Part shown: one piece after another, positions 48,657 through 60,974 of the stretch
Layout: every line of letters begins with the position of its first letter
Position numbering within the stretch: position 1 is the first letter of the stretch
Source of the DNA: an uncultured Candidatus Rokubacteria bacterium
GTDB taxonomy: Bacteria; Methylomirabilota; Methylomirabilia; Rokubacteriales; DASRDR01
Reading direction: 5' to 3'
NCBI GenBank assembly: GCA_963804185.1
Contig: CAWDPM010000015.1
Coordinates: 8,253 to 72,252, forward strand
Length of the DNA: 64,000 nt
Notes under the pieces: generated by a model
What the model saw: the letters and a program-made list of their open reading frames with translations, nothing else
The model's database searches: none
What the model was told of the DNA's origin: nothing
Made by a program: the position numbers and the translations under genes

Positions 48657-49934
48657 CTACCGACGAAGGCGGGTGCGGATCCGCTCGACCGCTTCCTCCG
48701 TCTGGTCGCGGTGGCCGAAGGCGGTGAACCGGAAGTAGCCCTCGCCGCTCGGTCCGAAGCCGACCCCCGGGGTTCCGACGACGTGGGTCTCCGTGAGCAG
48801 CTTGTCGAAGAGGTCCCAGGAGCCGAGGCCCGGCGGCGACTTGACCCAGATGTAGGGAGCGTTCTCACCGCCGTGGACCTGGAAGCCGGCCAGCCGCAGA
48901 CCGTCGCGAATGATCCGGGCGTTCTCCATGTAGAAGTCGACGGCCGTCCGGACCTGCTTTCGCCCCTCGTCGGTGTAGATGGCGGCGGCGCCGCGCTGTA
49001 CCACGTAAGGGACGCCGTTGAACTTGGTGGACTGCCGCCGGAACCAGAGCGCGTGGAGGCTCACCGGCTGTCCGCTCGCGGTGCGACCCTGAAGCTCCTT
49101 GGGGACGACGGTGAACGCGCACCGCGTCCCGGTGAACCCGGCGGTCTTCGAGAAGCTCCGGAACTCGATGGCGACCTCGCGGGCGCCCTCGATCTCGAAG
49201 ATGGAGTGGGGCACGTCCGGATCGCGGATGTAGGCCTCGTAGGCGGCGTCGTAGAGGATGACCGCGCCATGCCGACGCGCGTAGTCCACCCAGGTGCGGA
49301 GCGCGTCGCGGGGCATCACCGCGCCGGTCGGATTGTTCGGGTAGCAGAGGTACAGCAAGTCCACGGGGCGATCGGGGAGGGCCGGCCGGAAGCCGTTCTC
49401 GGCGGTGGCCGGCAGGTAGAGAAGCCCCGAATACCGCCCGTCCGGGCCTGCGGTGCCGGCCCGCCCGGCCATGGCATTCGTGTCCACGTACGCCGGGTAT
49501 ACGGGGTCGACGAGCGCGACCTGCGCGTCGTCGGTGAAGATTTCCTGAATGTTGCCGGTGTCGCTCTTGGCGCCGTCACTCACGAAGATCTCGTCGGTCG
49601 CGACCCTCACGCCGCGCGCCCCGTAGTCGTGGGCGGCGATGAGCTCCGTGAGGAACTCGTATCCCGTTTCCGGCCCGTAGCCCCGGAACGTCTCGGCGCG
49701 AGCCATTTCGTCGACGGCCTCGTGCATGGCTCGCACAACAGTCGACGCCAGCGGCAGGGTGACGTCGCCGATGCCGAGGCGGATGAGCCGGGCGTCCGGA
49801 TGGGCGGCCGCGAATGCTTTCACGCGGCGCGCGACCTCGGAGAACAGGTACGTCGGCTTCAGCGTGAGGTAGTGCTCATTGATCCTGACCACGGTCGTCT
49901 CCCGTGTGTGAGTGGTTGGCGCCGATTCTAGCAT
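48657..49934 (-). CDS. dapL: LL-diaminopimelate aminotransferase (class I/II PLP aminotransferase, DapL type)
   Basis: [25 protein letters not shown]...[11 protein letters not shown]...[15 protein letters not shown], colinear with DapL. The likely start is MLESAPTT at 49934; the ORF extends to 49982. Confidence 0.8.
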   Translation of the reverse strand: MLESAPTTHTRETTVVRINEHYLTLKPTYLFSEVARRVKAFAAAHPDARLIRLGIGDVTLPLASTVVRAMHEAVDEMARAETFRGYGPETGYEFLTELIAAHDYGARGVRVATDEIFVSDGAKSDTGNIQEIFTDDAQVALVDPVYPAYVDTNAMAGRAGTAGPDGRYSGLLYLPATAENGFRPALPDRPVDLLYLCYPNNPTGAVMPRDALRTWVDYARRHGAVILYDAAYEAYIRDPDVPHSIFEIEGAREVAIEFRSFSKTAGFTGTRCAFTVVPKELQGRTASGQPVSLHALWFRRQSTKFNGVPYVVQRGAAAIYTDEGRKQVRTAVDFYMENARIIRDGLRLAGFQVHGGENAPYIWVKSPPGLGSWDLFDKLLTETHVVGTPGVGFGPSGEGYFRFTAFGHRDQTEEAVERIRTRLRR

Positions 49935-50080
49935 TGGAGCTACCCCGTCGCGCGCGGCGCCGCCAGCGGACACTTTTGTCAACCACAGCGGCGCCGCCCG
50001 GGGCCGTCCCGGGGCGATTGACGCCCAGCCACGAATCGCTCACGCTACCAACAGCGGGCCACCCGGCGCCGGGTGCCCCG

Positions 50081-50088
50081 GGAGGAGG
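50081..50088 (+). promoter_or_regulatory. Shine-Dalgarno site (GAGGAGGG) 4 nt upstream of the 50093 ATG
   Basis: gaggagggccgATG. Confidence 0.55.
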
Positions 50089-50092
50089 GCCG

Positions 50093-51379
50093 ATGGAAGC
50101 GCGCGTGCGTACTGCGCATGAGACCGAGCTCGTGGCGAAGGCCGCCCGCTATCTCGCGGGCGGGACGCTCGGCAACCTGCTCGACGACGTGATCCTGGCC
50201 AGTGGGCGCGGCAGCCACGTCCGGGACGCGAGCGGCCACGAGTACATCGACTACCTGCTCGGCTCGGGCCCGATGCTCGTCGGGCACGCGCACCCTGAGG
50301 TCGTCGCCGCGGTGCGCGACCAACTCGAGCGCGGCTCGACGTTCTTCGCGAACAACGAGCCCGCCATCCTTCTCGCCGAGGAGATTTGCAAGGCGATGCC
50401 GTGCGCCGAGAAACTGCGCTTCTGCAGCAGCGGCACCGAGGCGACGCTCTACGCGATGCGGCTGGCGCGGGCCATCCGCCGCCGTGACTGCATCCTGAAG
50501 TTCGAGGGTGGCTTCCACGGCATGCACGACTACGCCGTGATGAGCATGAGCCCTCCTGCGCCGGGCGAGTTCCCCACGCCGGTAGCGGACTCGGCAGGAA
50601 TCCCGCGGGCCATCGAGTCGACCATGCTCGTGGCCCCGTTCAACGACTTGGCGACCACTGCCGCCATTGTCGACCGGCACCACGACGAGTTGGCCGGCGT
50701 CATCGTCGAGCCGTTCCAGCGCGTGCTGGCGCCCCGCCCCGGGTTCCTCGCCGGCCTTCGCGAGCTGACCGCCCGCCACGGCATCCCACTCATCTTCGAC
50801 GAGGTCGTCACGTCGTTCCGGTTCGCCTACGGCGGTGCCCAGGAGTTCTACGGCATCACGCCGGATCTGTGCGCGCTCGGCAAGGCTGTCGGGGGAGGCT
50901 TCCCGCTGACCGCGGTCGCTGGGCGCGAGGAGCTGATGGCGCACTTCGATCAGGCCCGGGTGGGGCGGGATCAGTTCATCCCGCAGGTTGGCACGCTCAG
51001 CGGCAACCCGATCGCCACCGCGGCGGGTCTGGCGACCGTGCGGATCCTGAAGCGCCCCGGCACCTACGAGCGGATGCACGCGCTCGGCAACCAGCTCAAG
51101 CAGGCACTCCGGCGCGCCTGCGACTCGGCGGGGATCCCAGCGCGCGTCGTGGGCGAGGGGGTGCTGTTCGAGGTCTACTTCACCGACGGCGAGATCACCG
51201 ACTATCGCTCGACCCTGCGGGCTGACCGGACGCGGCACGCTCGCTTCGTGCGTCTTCTCCGGGAGCGCGGGGTCTTCCGGGGCGCCTCGAAGTTCTACCT
51301 GTCCATCATGCACGACGAGGCCGACGTCGCGGAGACGATCCGGGCGTTCGAATCGGCGGTCGCCGCCCTGGCCGACTGA
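50093..51379 (+). CDS. Class III PLP aminotransferase of the glutamate-1-semialdehyde 2,1-aminomutase family
   Basis: 428 aa; DASGHEYIDYLLGSGPMLVGHAHPEVV; FDEVVTSFRFAYGGAQEFYGITPDLCALGKAVGGGFP with the PLP lysine. Confidence 0.75.
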   Translation: MEARVRTAHETELVAKAARYLAGGTLGNLLDDVILASGRGSHVRDASGHEYIDYLLGSGPMLVGHAHPEVVAAVRDQLERGSTFFANNEPAILLAEEICKAMPCAEKLRFCSSGTEATLYAMRLARAIRRRDCILKFEGGFHGMHDYAVMSMSPPAPGEFPTPVADSAGIPRAIESTMLVAPFNDLATTAAIVDRHHDELAGVIVEPFQRVLAPRPGFLAGLRELTARHGIPLIFDEVVTSFRFAYGGAQEFYGITPDLCALGKAVGGGFPLTAVAGREELMAHFDQARVGRDQFIPQVGTLSGNPIATAAGLATVRILKRPGTYERMHALGNQLKQALRRACDSAGIPARVVGEGVLFEVYFTDGEITDYRSTLRADRTRHARFVRLLRERGVFRGASKFYLSIMHDEADVAETIRAFESAVAALAD

Positions 51380-51444
51380 CCCGCCAGGAAACGACACCGC
51401 GCCCGAGAGCCGCCCCGGGGGTCGGCCGAAGGTCTCCGCGTTTT

Positions 51445-53928
51445 CTAGCGACCGCGGCCTGTCGGAGTCCCGTCCAGAACCTCCCGGACCTTGTGGGCCA
51501 GTACCGTCGCCGTGAAGGGCTTCGGAAGGAAGGCCGTGCCAGTCTGCGAGACACCTTGGTGAAGGGTGGCGTCGTCGGTGTAGCCGGACACGTAGAGAAC
51601 CTTCGTCTCCTGTCGGCCGGCCTTCAGGCGGTCGGCGAGTTCGCGGCCACCGATCTGTGGCATCACGACGTCGGTGACCAGCAGGTGGATGGGTCCCCTA
51701 TGCTCGCGACCGATCCGGAGCGCGTCGTCCCCGTCGATCGCCTCGAGGACCGTGTACCCCTGCTGGCGGAGGATGTCGCGCGCGAGCCCGCGGACCTCCG
51801 GCTCATCTTCCACGAGGAGAACCGTCTCCGAGCCCTGCGGCGCGGCTTCGGGCACTCCCGGGTCTCCGCGCAGGTCCGCCGGTGCGTCGACCCGCGGGAG
51901 ATCGATGGTGAACACGGCCCCCCGCCCGGGCTCGCTGTCGACCCGGATCGCACCCCCGCACTGCGTCACGATGCCGTAGACCGTCGCCAGCCCGAGCCCG
52001 GTTCCCTTGCCCGGGCCCTTGGTCGTGAAGAACGGCTCGAAGAGATGCGCCTTGATGAGCGCGTCCATCCCGACGCCCGTGTCGCGGACGATAAGGCGCA
52101 CGTGAGGACCGGGCCGGAGCCCCACGTGCTGCGGGGCGAAGCCCTCGTCGAGCCGGACAAACCCCGTTTCGAGCGTCAGCCGCCCCCCGAGAGGCATCGC
52201 GTCACGCGCGTTGACTGCCAGGTTGACGACCATCTGCTCGATCTGGGCGGGATCCGCCAGGACGCATCCCGCCTCGGGGTCGAGATGGGTGGCGAGGGCG
52301 ACGTCCTCGCCGATGAGGCGGCTCAGCATCGTCTCCATGCCGCGGACAACCTCGTTCAGATCGACCACGCGCGGCTGCACCATCTGTTTCCGGCTGAACG
52401 CGAGGAGCTGCCGGGTCAGCGTGGAGGCCCGATGGGCAGTCTCCTCCACCAGTTCGACGTCGCGGCGGAGCGGACTCTCGGGCGGGAGCTTCAGTAGCAG
52501 GAGCTGGCTCCGACCGGTGATCACGGTGAGCAGGTTGTTGAAGTCGTGGGCGACCCCGCCGGCCAGCCGTCCGACGGCCTCCATCTTCTGGGCGTGACGG
52601 AGCTGCGCCTCGAGCGCCCGGACCGTGGTGAGATCGCGCACGATGATGATCACCCCGAGGTCCTGTCCCTCGCCGCCCTTCAGGGTCGCGGTCGTGACCT
52701 CGACCGGCACGACGTCGCCCGTCCGACCGTGGAGGGTCACCGTGCCGGTCCACGCTGTTCGCCACTCGAGGGCCGCCCGCAGCATGCCCACCAGCTCTGG
52801 AGCATGCGCTAGGACCTCCGTCACGTGACGGCCCCGGGCCGCGGGGGCGGGCGGGCATCCGAGCAGGGATTCGGCAGCTCCATTCAGGGTGACCACGCGG
52901 TCATCGAGGTCGAGGGTGACGATCCCGTTGACGAGAGAGTCGAGGATGTGGTCGTTGTAGCTCTTCATGTCGGAGAGCTCGGCGAAGCGTCGCCTGAGCT
53001 CCCCGTGTGCCGCCTCGAGGGCCGTCCGCTGCTCGAGCAGCGCGGTGCGCTGCTCGTGGAGCTGCCCGGCCATGTCGTTGAACGCGGCGGCCAGCTGCCC
53101 GATCTCATCGGAGGTCGTCGGCTCGACGCGTTGGAGCAGCTCCCCCCGCGAGATGGCGACGGCGCCCGCCGCGAGCTGCCGCACGGGCCGCGCGATTCGC
53201 CGGGCGACCAGCGCGGAGGCGAGCCCCGCTCCGGCCAGGACGAGGACGGCCAGCACGACCAGCTGGCGCCGGGTAGCGGCGATCTCCGCCTCCATCCGAC
53301 GGCGAGAGAGACCGACTCGGGCCGTGCCCCAGCGCTGGGTTTCCACCCGGATCGGCACGGCGAAGTCGTACAGGGCTCCGTCGGGCCCGTCGAGCTCCTG
53401 GACTAGAGTGGCGTCCGTCGACAGGATGCGGTCCAGGATGCTGCCGGAGAGCAACGTCCCTACGATCTCCGGCCGGTCGTTGTGGGCTGCGACCCGCCCG
53501 TCCCGGTCGAGGATCATCGCGTAGACGACGTCCGTCTCGGTGTCCAGGCGCGCCACGTTCTGCTCGAGCTGGGTGTAGTTGTAGAGCACCAGCGCGCCTG
53601 TGGACCCGGCGCCCAGGTCGCGCGCCAGCGCGTCGCCGCGCTTCTGCACCTCCTGGATGATGGCCTCGCGCTGATGATGCTCGACGATCAGGACCAGGGC
53701 GCCCATAACGGACGCGACGACGAACAGCGTACCCACCAGGAACTTCGTCTGGAGGGAGCCGAATCCGCGGGTCGGCTGGCTGGACGCCGAGGCCGGCCGA
53801 CTCACGGCCGCGACAGGTCGAGGAGGAATGGATCGAACGGTCGTCACGCTCGCATTCTCGCGACCTCGTGGGCGAGGAGGTTTGGCCAAGTAGGCTTGAA
53901 ACCTAGGGCAACGGACGGTCCCAGTCAA
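51445..53928 (-). CDS. Hybrid sensor histidine kinase: TM sensor, HAMP, PAS, HisKA, HATPase, C-terminal receiver domain
   Basis: 827 aa ORF; H-box [14 protein letters not shown]; G-box [13 protein letters not shown]; [30 protein letters not shown]...LLVTDVVMP. The true start is uncertain. Confidence 0.8.
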   Translation of the reverse strand: MTGTVRCPRFQAYLAKPPRPRGRENASVTTVRSIPPRPVAAVSRPASASSQPTRGFGSLQTKFLVGTLFVVASVMGALVLIVEHHQREAIIQEVQKRGDALARDLGAGSTGALVLYNYTQLEQNVARLDTETDVVYAMILDRDGRVAAHNDRPEIVGTLLSGSILDRILSTDATLVQELDGPDGALYDFAVPIRVETQRWGTARVGLSRRRMEAEIAATRRQLVVLAVLVLAGAGLASALVARRIARPVRQLAAGAVAISRGELLQRVEPTTSDEIGQLAAAFNDMAGQLHEQRTALLEQRTALEAAHGELRRRFAELSDMKSYNDHILDSLVNGIVTLDLDDRVVTLNGAAESLLGCPPAPAARGRHVTEVLAHAPELVGMLRAALEWRTAWTGTVTLHGRTGDVVPVEVTTATLKGGEGQDLGVIIIVRDLTTVRALEAQLRHAQKMEAVGRLAGGVAHDFNNLLTVITGRSQLLLLKLPPESPLRRDVELVEETAHRASTLTRQLLAFSRKQMVQPRVVDLNEVVRGMETMLSRLIGEDVALATHLDPEAGCVLADPAQIEQMVVNLAVNARDAMPLGGRLTLETGFVRLDEGFAPQHVGLRPGPHVRLIVRDTGVGMDALIKAHLFEPFFTTKGPGKGTGLGLATVYGIVTQCGGAIRVDSEPGRGAVFTIDLPRVDAPADLRGDPGVPEAAPQGSETVLLVEDEPEVRGLARDILRQQGYTVLEAIDGDDALRIGREHRGPIHLLVTDVVMPQIGGRELADRLKAGRQETKVLYVSGYTDDATLHQGVSQTGTAFLPKPFTATVLAHKVREVLDGTPTGRGR

Positions 53929-54089
53929 GAATATACCTCCGAATGAACATCGGGGCCGGATCCATGGTCAAAACCCTCGCCGGAAGGGGTTCAGCGGTCA
54001 CCCCGTCGGGGGCGCTCGTGGACAGCCCCCTACCACGGCAGTAGACTGACGGGAGCGTCGCAGCGTGACGCGTCCAGGGAGGTGCCCAG

Positions 54090-54740
54090 TTGCGGATCCG
54101 AGTCGCGCACCGAGCGGTCGCCGTCGGGTTGCTGGCCGGCCTGCTGGCCGGTTGCGCCGCCCCGGCGCATGAGGGCGCGGCGAAGGGCGGGATCGTCGGT
54201 GCCGCAGGGGGCGCGCTGGTCGGCGCCATCGCCTCCTCCGGATCCCACGTAGGGCGCAACGCCGGCCTCGGGGCCCTCATCGGGGGCCTGGTCGGCGCGC
54301 TGGCCGGAGAGGTCATTCAGCAGCGGACGGCCGCGGCCGGTCCCGGCGCGCCAGTGCCCCCGCCTCCACCCGCCGGTGACTCTGCCCCGCCGGGCCAGTG
54401 GTCAGTGGTGACGGCGCCGCCGCCACCCCCCCCCGTCGGGCCGCCTCCGACCGGCAACCCCGGTCGCCCCCCGGACCCGACAATGGGCGTGATCACGAAC
54501 GGCACGCAGTGGGAGATCCACGTCTTCATCGACCTTCCGCCGGGCTCCCCCGCGCCGCTCGTGCTGGGGCCCGGGACCCAGGCCCCTGTCGTGCTGGACG
54601 TCGGTCAGCACCGAGTTGTGGCGCAGGCATTCGTGGACACGCAGCTCGGGCGCCGTCTCGTCGGGGCATTCGACCGCACGCTGACGGTCGACCCTCGGGC
54701 GCCGGGCTGGACGATTCATTTCTTCCCCGCCAACTTCTAA
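54090..54740 (+). CDS. Lipoprotein with a glycine-zipper segment, a poly-proline linker and a C-terminal beta domain
   Basis: Lipobox LLAGC; GALVGAIASSG...GLGALIGGLVGALAG; PVPPPPPAGD...APPPPPPVGPPPTGNPGRPPDP. Confidence 0.65.
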   Translation: MRIRVAHRAVAVGLLAGLLAGCAAPAHEGAAKGGIVGAAGGALVGAIASSGSHVGRNAGLGALIGGLVGALAGEVIQQRTAAAGPGAPVPPPPPAGDSAPPGQWSVVTAPPPPPPVGPPPTGNPGRPPDPTMGVITNGTQWEIHVFIDLPPGSPAPLVLGPGTQAPVVLDVGQHRVVAQAFVDTQLGRRLVGAFDRTLTVDPRAPGWTIHFFPANF

Positions 54741-54765
54741 CGCAAGCGTAGGAGGAAGCACGGAA

Positions 54766-56259
54766 ATGAGTGGCAACGTACGATGGTTCGCAGGCGCCGG
54801 CCTCGGGCTTCTGTTCCTCTCCTTGACCATGTCCTCGTCGGCGCCTAGCGCATCTGCGGGTGGGGCTGCCCTCCCCACGGTGGCGCAGGCGGCGCCGCGG
54901 GCGGCCGATCCGGCATTCGCTGGGGCGTTGCCGGAGTCGTACCCGTGGGTGCGGCTGGCGGAGAAGCTCACGCCAGCCGTCGTCAATGTCCGGACGGCCG
55001 GCGACACGCGACGTTCTGGGCGGACCCCCAACGTACCCGAGCCCTTCCGGCGGTTCTTTCCGCAGCCCCCACAGGGGCCCGAGGGCGGCGAGCGTGAGCC
55101 ACGGCCACGCGGGGTGGGCTCCGGATTCATCATCGACGCCGAGGGTTACATCGTCACGAACCATCACGTGGTGGACGGCTCGAAGTCCATCGAGGTGCAG
55201 CTCTCGGACGGGCGGACCTTCCAGCCGAAGGTCGTCGGCAGCGACGCGGAGACCGACCTCGCCCTGCTCAAGATCGAGGCGATCGGCCTCCCCATGATCC
55301 CCCTCGGGAGCTCCAGCGCGCTCAAGGTGGCCGAGCCGGTGATGGCCATCGGAAACCCGTTCGGGTTCGATCACACGGTGACGGTGGGTATCGTGAGCGG
55401 CACGGGACGTTTCATCGGGCAGGGCCGCTTCGACGACTTCATCCAGACCGACGCCGCGATCAATCCCGGCAACTCCGGCGGCCCGCTCATCAACACCAAG
55501 GGCGAGGCCGTCGGCATCAACTCGGCGATCCGCAGCAGCTCGGGTGGCTTCCAGGGGATCGGGTTCGCGATTCCGGTCGACCTGGCGAAGCCGATCCTCG
55601 GACAGCTCCGTTCCACGGGCAAGATCACCCGCGGCTGGCTCGGGGTGTCGATCCAGCCCCTGACCCAGGAGCTCGCCAAGTCCTTCGGGATCACGGGCAC
55701 ACAGGGGGCGTTGATCGCCTCGGTCAGCGAGGACTCGCCCGCCGCGCGGGCGGGCTTCAAGCCGGGCGACGTCATCGTCTCCTTCGACGGTAAGACCGTC
55801 GAGGGCCCCCGCACGCTGCCCACGATCGTCGCCAACACGGTGGTCGGGCGCGCGGTCCCGGTCGTGCTCCTGCGCGACGGTAAGCGGCAAACCCTCCAGG
55901 TCACCGTGGGGAACCTCGCCGACTCGCGAGAGGCGCGCGCCGCGCCGGCCGAGACGGCGCCGGAGAGCCGGGTCACCGAGAAGCTCGGGCTGGCGCTCCA
56001 GGAGCTAACCCCGGAGCTCGCGAAGCAGTTCGGCGTTCAGGGCGGCAAGGGTGTCGTCGTGACCGATGTGAAGCCCGACTCGCCCGCTGCCCAGGCGGGT
56101 CTCGCGCCGGGCGACGTGATCCGTGAGGTGAACCGGAAGGCGGTCCAGGGGATCCAGGACGTCGAGCGAGGCCTCGCTGACGGTCAGGATCCCGCCCAGG
56201 TTCTGCTCCGCGTCGAGCGGGACGGGTCCCAGCGGTACGTGGTGCTCGGCACCGGGTAG
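54766..56259 (+). CDS. Do/DegP/HtrA-family periplasmic serine endoprotease with two PDZ domains
   Basis: Signal peptide; trypsin-like core HHVVDGS...DLALLKI...GNSGGPLIN; two PDZ repeats. Confidence 0.85.
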   Translation: MSGNVRWFAGAGLGLLFLSLTMSSSAPSASAGGAALPTVAQAAPRAADPAFAGALPESYPWVRLAEKLTPAVVNVRTAGDTRRSGRTPNVPEPFRRFFPQPPQGPEGGEREPRPRGVGSGFIIDAEGYIVTNHHVVDGSKSIEVQLSDGRTFQPKVVGSDAETDLALLKIEAIGLPMIPLGSSSALKVAEPVMAIGNPFGFDHTVTVGIVSGTGRFIGQGRFDDFIQTDAAINPGNSGGPLINTKGEAVGINSAIRSSSGGFQGIGFAIPVDLAKPILGQLRSTGKITRGWLGVSIQPLTQELAKSFGITGTQGALIASVSEDSPAARAGFKPGDVIVSFDGKTVEGPRTLPTIVANTVVGRAVPVVLLRDGKRQTLQVTVGNLADSREARAAPAETAPESRVTEKLGLALQELTPELAKQFGVQGGKGVVVTDVKPDSPAAQAGLAPGDVIREVNRKAVQGIQDVERGLADGQDPAQVLLRVERDGSQRYVVLGTG

Positions 56260-56404
56260 ACGGCGCCTTCCCAGTCTCCGCCGCGGCGCCGGGCTTCGCC
56301 GGTCCGGCGCCGCGTGCGTTGCTCGTCCTCGGGGCGCGTGCTACAGTCGCGCCCGCCTTGACGCCCCGGCCTCGCGTTCCCTTCCCCTCAATCCGGGAGA
56401 GCTC

Positions 56405-58132
56405 ATGCCGTCACTGACCGCCGCCGGCCGCCTCCACCGCGTGCGCACGCTCATGGGCATCGGGGTGCCGATGCGGGACGGCGTGAAGCTCTCGACAGAC
56501 GTGTACCTGCCGGAGGGGGCCGGGCCCTTCCCGGTCATCCTGATCCGGACGCCATACGGCAACAACGTCGAGGCCGGGGTGGAGGACGGTGTCTACTTCG
56601 CCCAGCGGGGCTACGCCGTCGCGATCCAGGACGTGCGCGGGCGCTTCGACTCGGACGGGGAGTGGTCCCCGTTCGTGCACGAGGCCCAGGATGGCTACGA
56701 CGCGCAGGAGTGGTGCGGGACGCAGCCGTGGTCGACGGGGAAGGTCGGCACCAGCGGAGCCTCCTATCTCGCGCTCACCCAGTGGCTGGCTGCGCCCCTC
56801 CGGAACCGGCACCTGGCCGCGATGGCGCCCCGCGTCGGGTTCTCGAACCTCTACCACAACTGGGTCTACACGGGTGGCGCGTTCCAGCTCGGTTTCAACC
56901 TCCGATGGGGCGCGGTGCAGATGCACACGCGCACCAACCGGATCCAGCACCTTTGGATGCCGCCGGAGCAGCACTACTCGACGCTCTTTTCGCACCTGCC
57001 GCTTCTCACGGGCGACGAGCGCGCCGGCCGCGTGTGCGAGTTCTACCGGGAGTGGATCCGGCACCCGGACTACGGGTCGTACTGGGAGCGCCTCGGCAAC
57101 GTCGAGAAGGACTACGTGCGCATCGATGTGCCGGCCTACGGGTTCGGCGGCTGGTACGACGTCTTCCTGCAGGGAACGCTGAACAACTTCGTGGGCGTGC
57201 GGACCCACGCCATGTCGGAGCGCGCGCGGCGCCAGAAGGTGCTGATCGGGCCGTGGATCCACTCGCTGGGGGCACGCGGGACCGAGAGCCGGACGGGCGA
57301 CATCGACTTCGGGCCCCAGAGCGTCGTCGACCTCCAGCGGGAAGAGCTGCGTTGGTTCGACTACTGGCTTCGCGGCGTCGACGACGGGATCATGAGCGAG
57401 CCGCCCGTCAAGGTGTTCGTCATGGGAGCCAATCTGTGGCGCACGGCGACGGACTGGCCCATTCCCGGTACGCGCTTTGTCCCCCACTACTTCCACTCGG
57501 CGGGTCACGCGAGCACGCTCTGGGGGGACGGCACCCTCGACCGGCGGGAGCCGGGTCCGGAGCCGCCGGACCGGTACGTCTACGACCCGGCGGACCCGGT
57601 GCCGACCCTCGGCGGGAGCACGTGCTGCGGCGAGGACATCACGCCGATCTCGATGGGTCCGCGCGATCAGCGGCCCGCGGAGTGGCGGCCCGACGTCCTC
57701 GTATACTCAACGCCCCTGCTCGAGGCGGACGTCGAGGTCACCGGTCCTATCACGGTTGTCCTGTGGGCGGCGTCGACGGCGCCGGACACGGATTTCACCG
57801 CGAAGCTCGTCGACGTCTTCCCCACGGGGTACGCGATGAACGTCGCGCAGGGCATCCTGCGCGCCCGTTACCGCGACTCCTTCGAGCGGCCGAGCCCCCT
57901 CGAGCCGGGCCGGCCCTATCGCCTCGAGATCGATTGCTGGTCGTCGGCGAACCTGTTTCGGCGAGGCCACCGGATCCGGGTCGAGATCGCCTCGTCGAAC
58001 TTCCCCCAGTTCGACCGGAACCCGAACACGGGCCGGCCGTTCGGAGTCGACGCCGACCTCGTTCGCGCGACCCAGACCGTCTACCACGACGCGCAGCACC
58101 CCAGCCACATCGTGCTGCCCCTCCTGGACTGA
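56405..58132 (+). CDS. CocE/NonD-family hydrolase (S15 X-Pro dipeptidyl-peptidase-like alpha/beta hydrolase)
   Basis: 575 aa; MRDGVKLSTDVYLPEGAGPFPVILIRTPYG; GTSGASYLA nucleophile elbow; C-terminal beta-sandwich domain. Confidence 0.8.
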   Translation: MPSLTAAGRLHRVRTLMGIGVPMRDGVKLSTDVYLPEGAGPFPVILIRTPYGNNVEAGVEDGVYFAQRGYAVAIQDVRGRFDSDGEWSPFVHEAQDGYDAQEWCGTQPWSTGKVGTSGASYLALTQWLAAPLRNRHLAAMAPRVGFSNLYHNWVYTGGAFQLGFNLRWGAVQMHTRTNRIQHLWMPPEQHYSTLFSHLPLLTGDERAGRVCEFYREWIRHPDYGSYWERLGNVEKDYVRIDVPAYGFGGWYDVFLQGTLNNFVGVRTHAMSERARRQKVLIGPWIHSLGARGTESRTGDIDFGPQSVVDLQREELRWFDYWLRGVDDGIMSEPPVKVFVMGANLWRTATDWPIPGTRFVPHYFHSAGHASTLWGDGTLDRREPGPEPPDRYVYDPADPVPTLGGSTCCGEDITPISMGPRDQRPAEWRPDVLVYSTPLLEADVEVTGPITVVLWAASTAPDTDFTAKLVDVFPTGYAMNVAQGILRARYRDSFERPSPLEPGRPYRLEIDCWSSANLFRRGHRIRVEIASSNFPQFDRNPNTGRPFGVDADLVRATQTVYHDAQHPSHIVLPLLD

Positions 58133-58215
58133 CGTGGCGTCAGAGCGCCAGGAAGCTTCGCCCGACCGTCAGGCCACCCCTGCCGCCGTGCCGAGCTCCG
58201 CGCTCGGCGGCTTGA

Positions 58216-59619
58216 CTACCGGAGCGGTGGGCGCCGCTGCCACCAGCCCGCCGCCTGTTCGTAGGCATGGCCGGCGCGGAAGAGCGTCGCCTCGTCGAAC
58301 GGGCGGCCGATCATCTGAAGGCCCACCGGGCGTCCATCTGCCGCGAACCCGCAGGGCACGCTGAGCGCCGGTAGCCCGAGGGCGTTCCACGGGCGCGTCA
58401 GGCGAGAGAAGTGGCCCATGCGACGGACGATCTCGTCGGGTGTCCCCGTCTTGACCGCCGCCAGCAGCGGAGCCGGCGCCGGGATCGTGGGGACGACGAC
58501 CACGTCGACGCGCGCGAACACCTCGGCGACGAAGGTGCGCGCGGCGCGGGCCCGGAGCCGCATTGCCTGCAGGTAGTCGTGTGCGCTCACGTGGAATCCG
58601 ATCTCGAGGCGCGAGAGGACTGCGGGCTGGAGCACGTGCGGCGACTCGCGGACGATGCGGGCATGGACGGCCGCGCTCTCGGAGCGGGCAATCACGTTCG
58701 CGAGGTCGTTGAGGAGGGCCGGATCGGGAAGGGGGCACTCCACCACTTGGGCGCCGAGCCCACGAAGCGTCTCGATCGCCGCGTGGACCGCCGTCTGGAC
58801 CTCCCCATCGAGTCCATCGCCGTAGTATCGGTCGGGCACACCGACCCGAAGCCCCGCGATCGGCCGGTCGAGCGAGGCCGTGTAGTCCGGGACCGGGCGG
58901 GCGCTCGCGGTCGCGTCGCGGGGGTCGGCGCCCCCGATCACGCCGAGGACAATGGCCGCGTCACGCACGGTCCGGGTGAGCGGTCCCACGTGGTCAAGCG
59001 ACCAGGAGAGCGGCATCCCACCCGCACGGCTCACGCGGCCGTAGGTGGGCTTGATCCCCACGATGCCGCAGCAAGCCGCGGGCAGGCGGATCGAGCCGCC
59101 CGTATCGGTGCCGAGCGCGCCGTAAACGAACCCGGCGGCCACGGCCGCGCCCGAGCCGCTCGACGATCCGCCCGCGCAGTGGCCGGGGCGCCAAGGCGTC
59201 TCGACGTCGCCGTGGTGGACGTTTTCTCCAAAGGGTCCGAGCGCCAGCTCCGAGAGGTTCAGGCGGCCCAGCGTGATCGCGCCCGCCGCCTCCAGGCGGG
59301 CCACGGCCGTCGCGTCCTGGTCGACCCGGAAGTACCCGGGGAGGGCCGTGCCGCAGGACGCGGGGCGTCCGCCCCAGACGAAGAGGTCCTTGTGGGCAAG
59401 GGGGACGCCATGGAGGGGGCCGCGGACGCGACCCGCCTTCGCCTCCGCCTCGCGGATCCGGGCCGTTCGAAGCGCCCCCTCGGTGTCGACGTGGATGAAC
59501 GCACGGAGCCGGGGTCCGAGCGCTTCGATCCGAGCGAGGCAGGCTTCGGTGGCTTCGACCGGCGAAATCTCGCGGGCCCGGATCCGCGCGGCCAGTGCCG
59601 CGAGGGTCTCCTCAACCAC
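58216..59619 (-). CDS. Amidase-signature family amidase (GatA-like)
   Basis: 467 aa; LAHKDLF catalytic Lys; GGSSSGSGAAVAAGF; GTDTGGSIRLPAACCG. Confidence 0.8.
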   Translation of the reverse strand: MVEETLAALAARIRAREISPVEATEACLARIEALGPRLRAFIHVDTEGALRTARIREAEAKAGRVRGPLHGVPLAHKDLFVWGGRPASCGTALPGYFRVDQDATAVARLEAAGAITLGRLNLSELALGPFGENVHHGDVETPWRPGHCAGGSSSGSGAAVAAGFVYGALGTDTGGSIRLPAACCGIVGIKPTYGRVSRAGGMPLSWSLDHVGPLTRTVRDAAIVLGVIGGADPRDATASARPVPDYTASLDRPIAGLRVGVPDRYYGDGLDGEVQTAVHAAIETLRGLGAQVVECPLPDPALLNDLANVIARSESAAVHARIVRESPHVLQPAVLSRLEIGFHVSAHDYLQAMRLRARAARTFVAEVFARVDVVVVPTIPAPAPLLAAVKTGTPDEIVRRMGHFSRLTRPWNALGLPALSVPCGFAADGRPVGLQMIGRPFDEATLFRAGHAYEQAAGWWQRRPPLR

Positions 59620-59924
59620 GAGCCGGCGACTCGGCCGGAGGGGGGTTGGGCTCGGGCGCCGCTCCCGCCTCGAGGGCGGCCGGGAAGCCTGCGGGCTCCT
59701 CGGTCAGGGCCAGGTCGGCAGCGGCTCGCTCGATCGCCGCCGCCAGGTCGGCAAGCACTCCCTGGCGGGCGCGCTCCGCCTGGGTCGTCAAGGGAGACCT
59801 CGGTCCCGGGGCAGGCGGGTCATCGGCGACAGCGCGATGCTATCATGACGGTGCTGCTCGATGCCCACCGCGTTCCCGGGTCGGTCCGCTATCAGGCAGG
59901 CTCGGGGGGAGGCCAATCCTAGCC

Positions 59925-60947
<1,023 letters not shown>

Positions 60948-60974
60948 GCGGGCCATCGCGCGGCGGGGCCACCG

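Noticed and set aside
50045-51397. 450-aa minus-strand ORF
   Set aside because: It is antisense to the class III aminotransferase gene.
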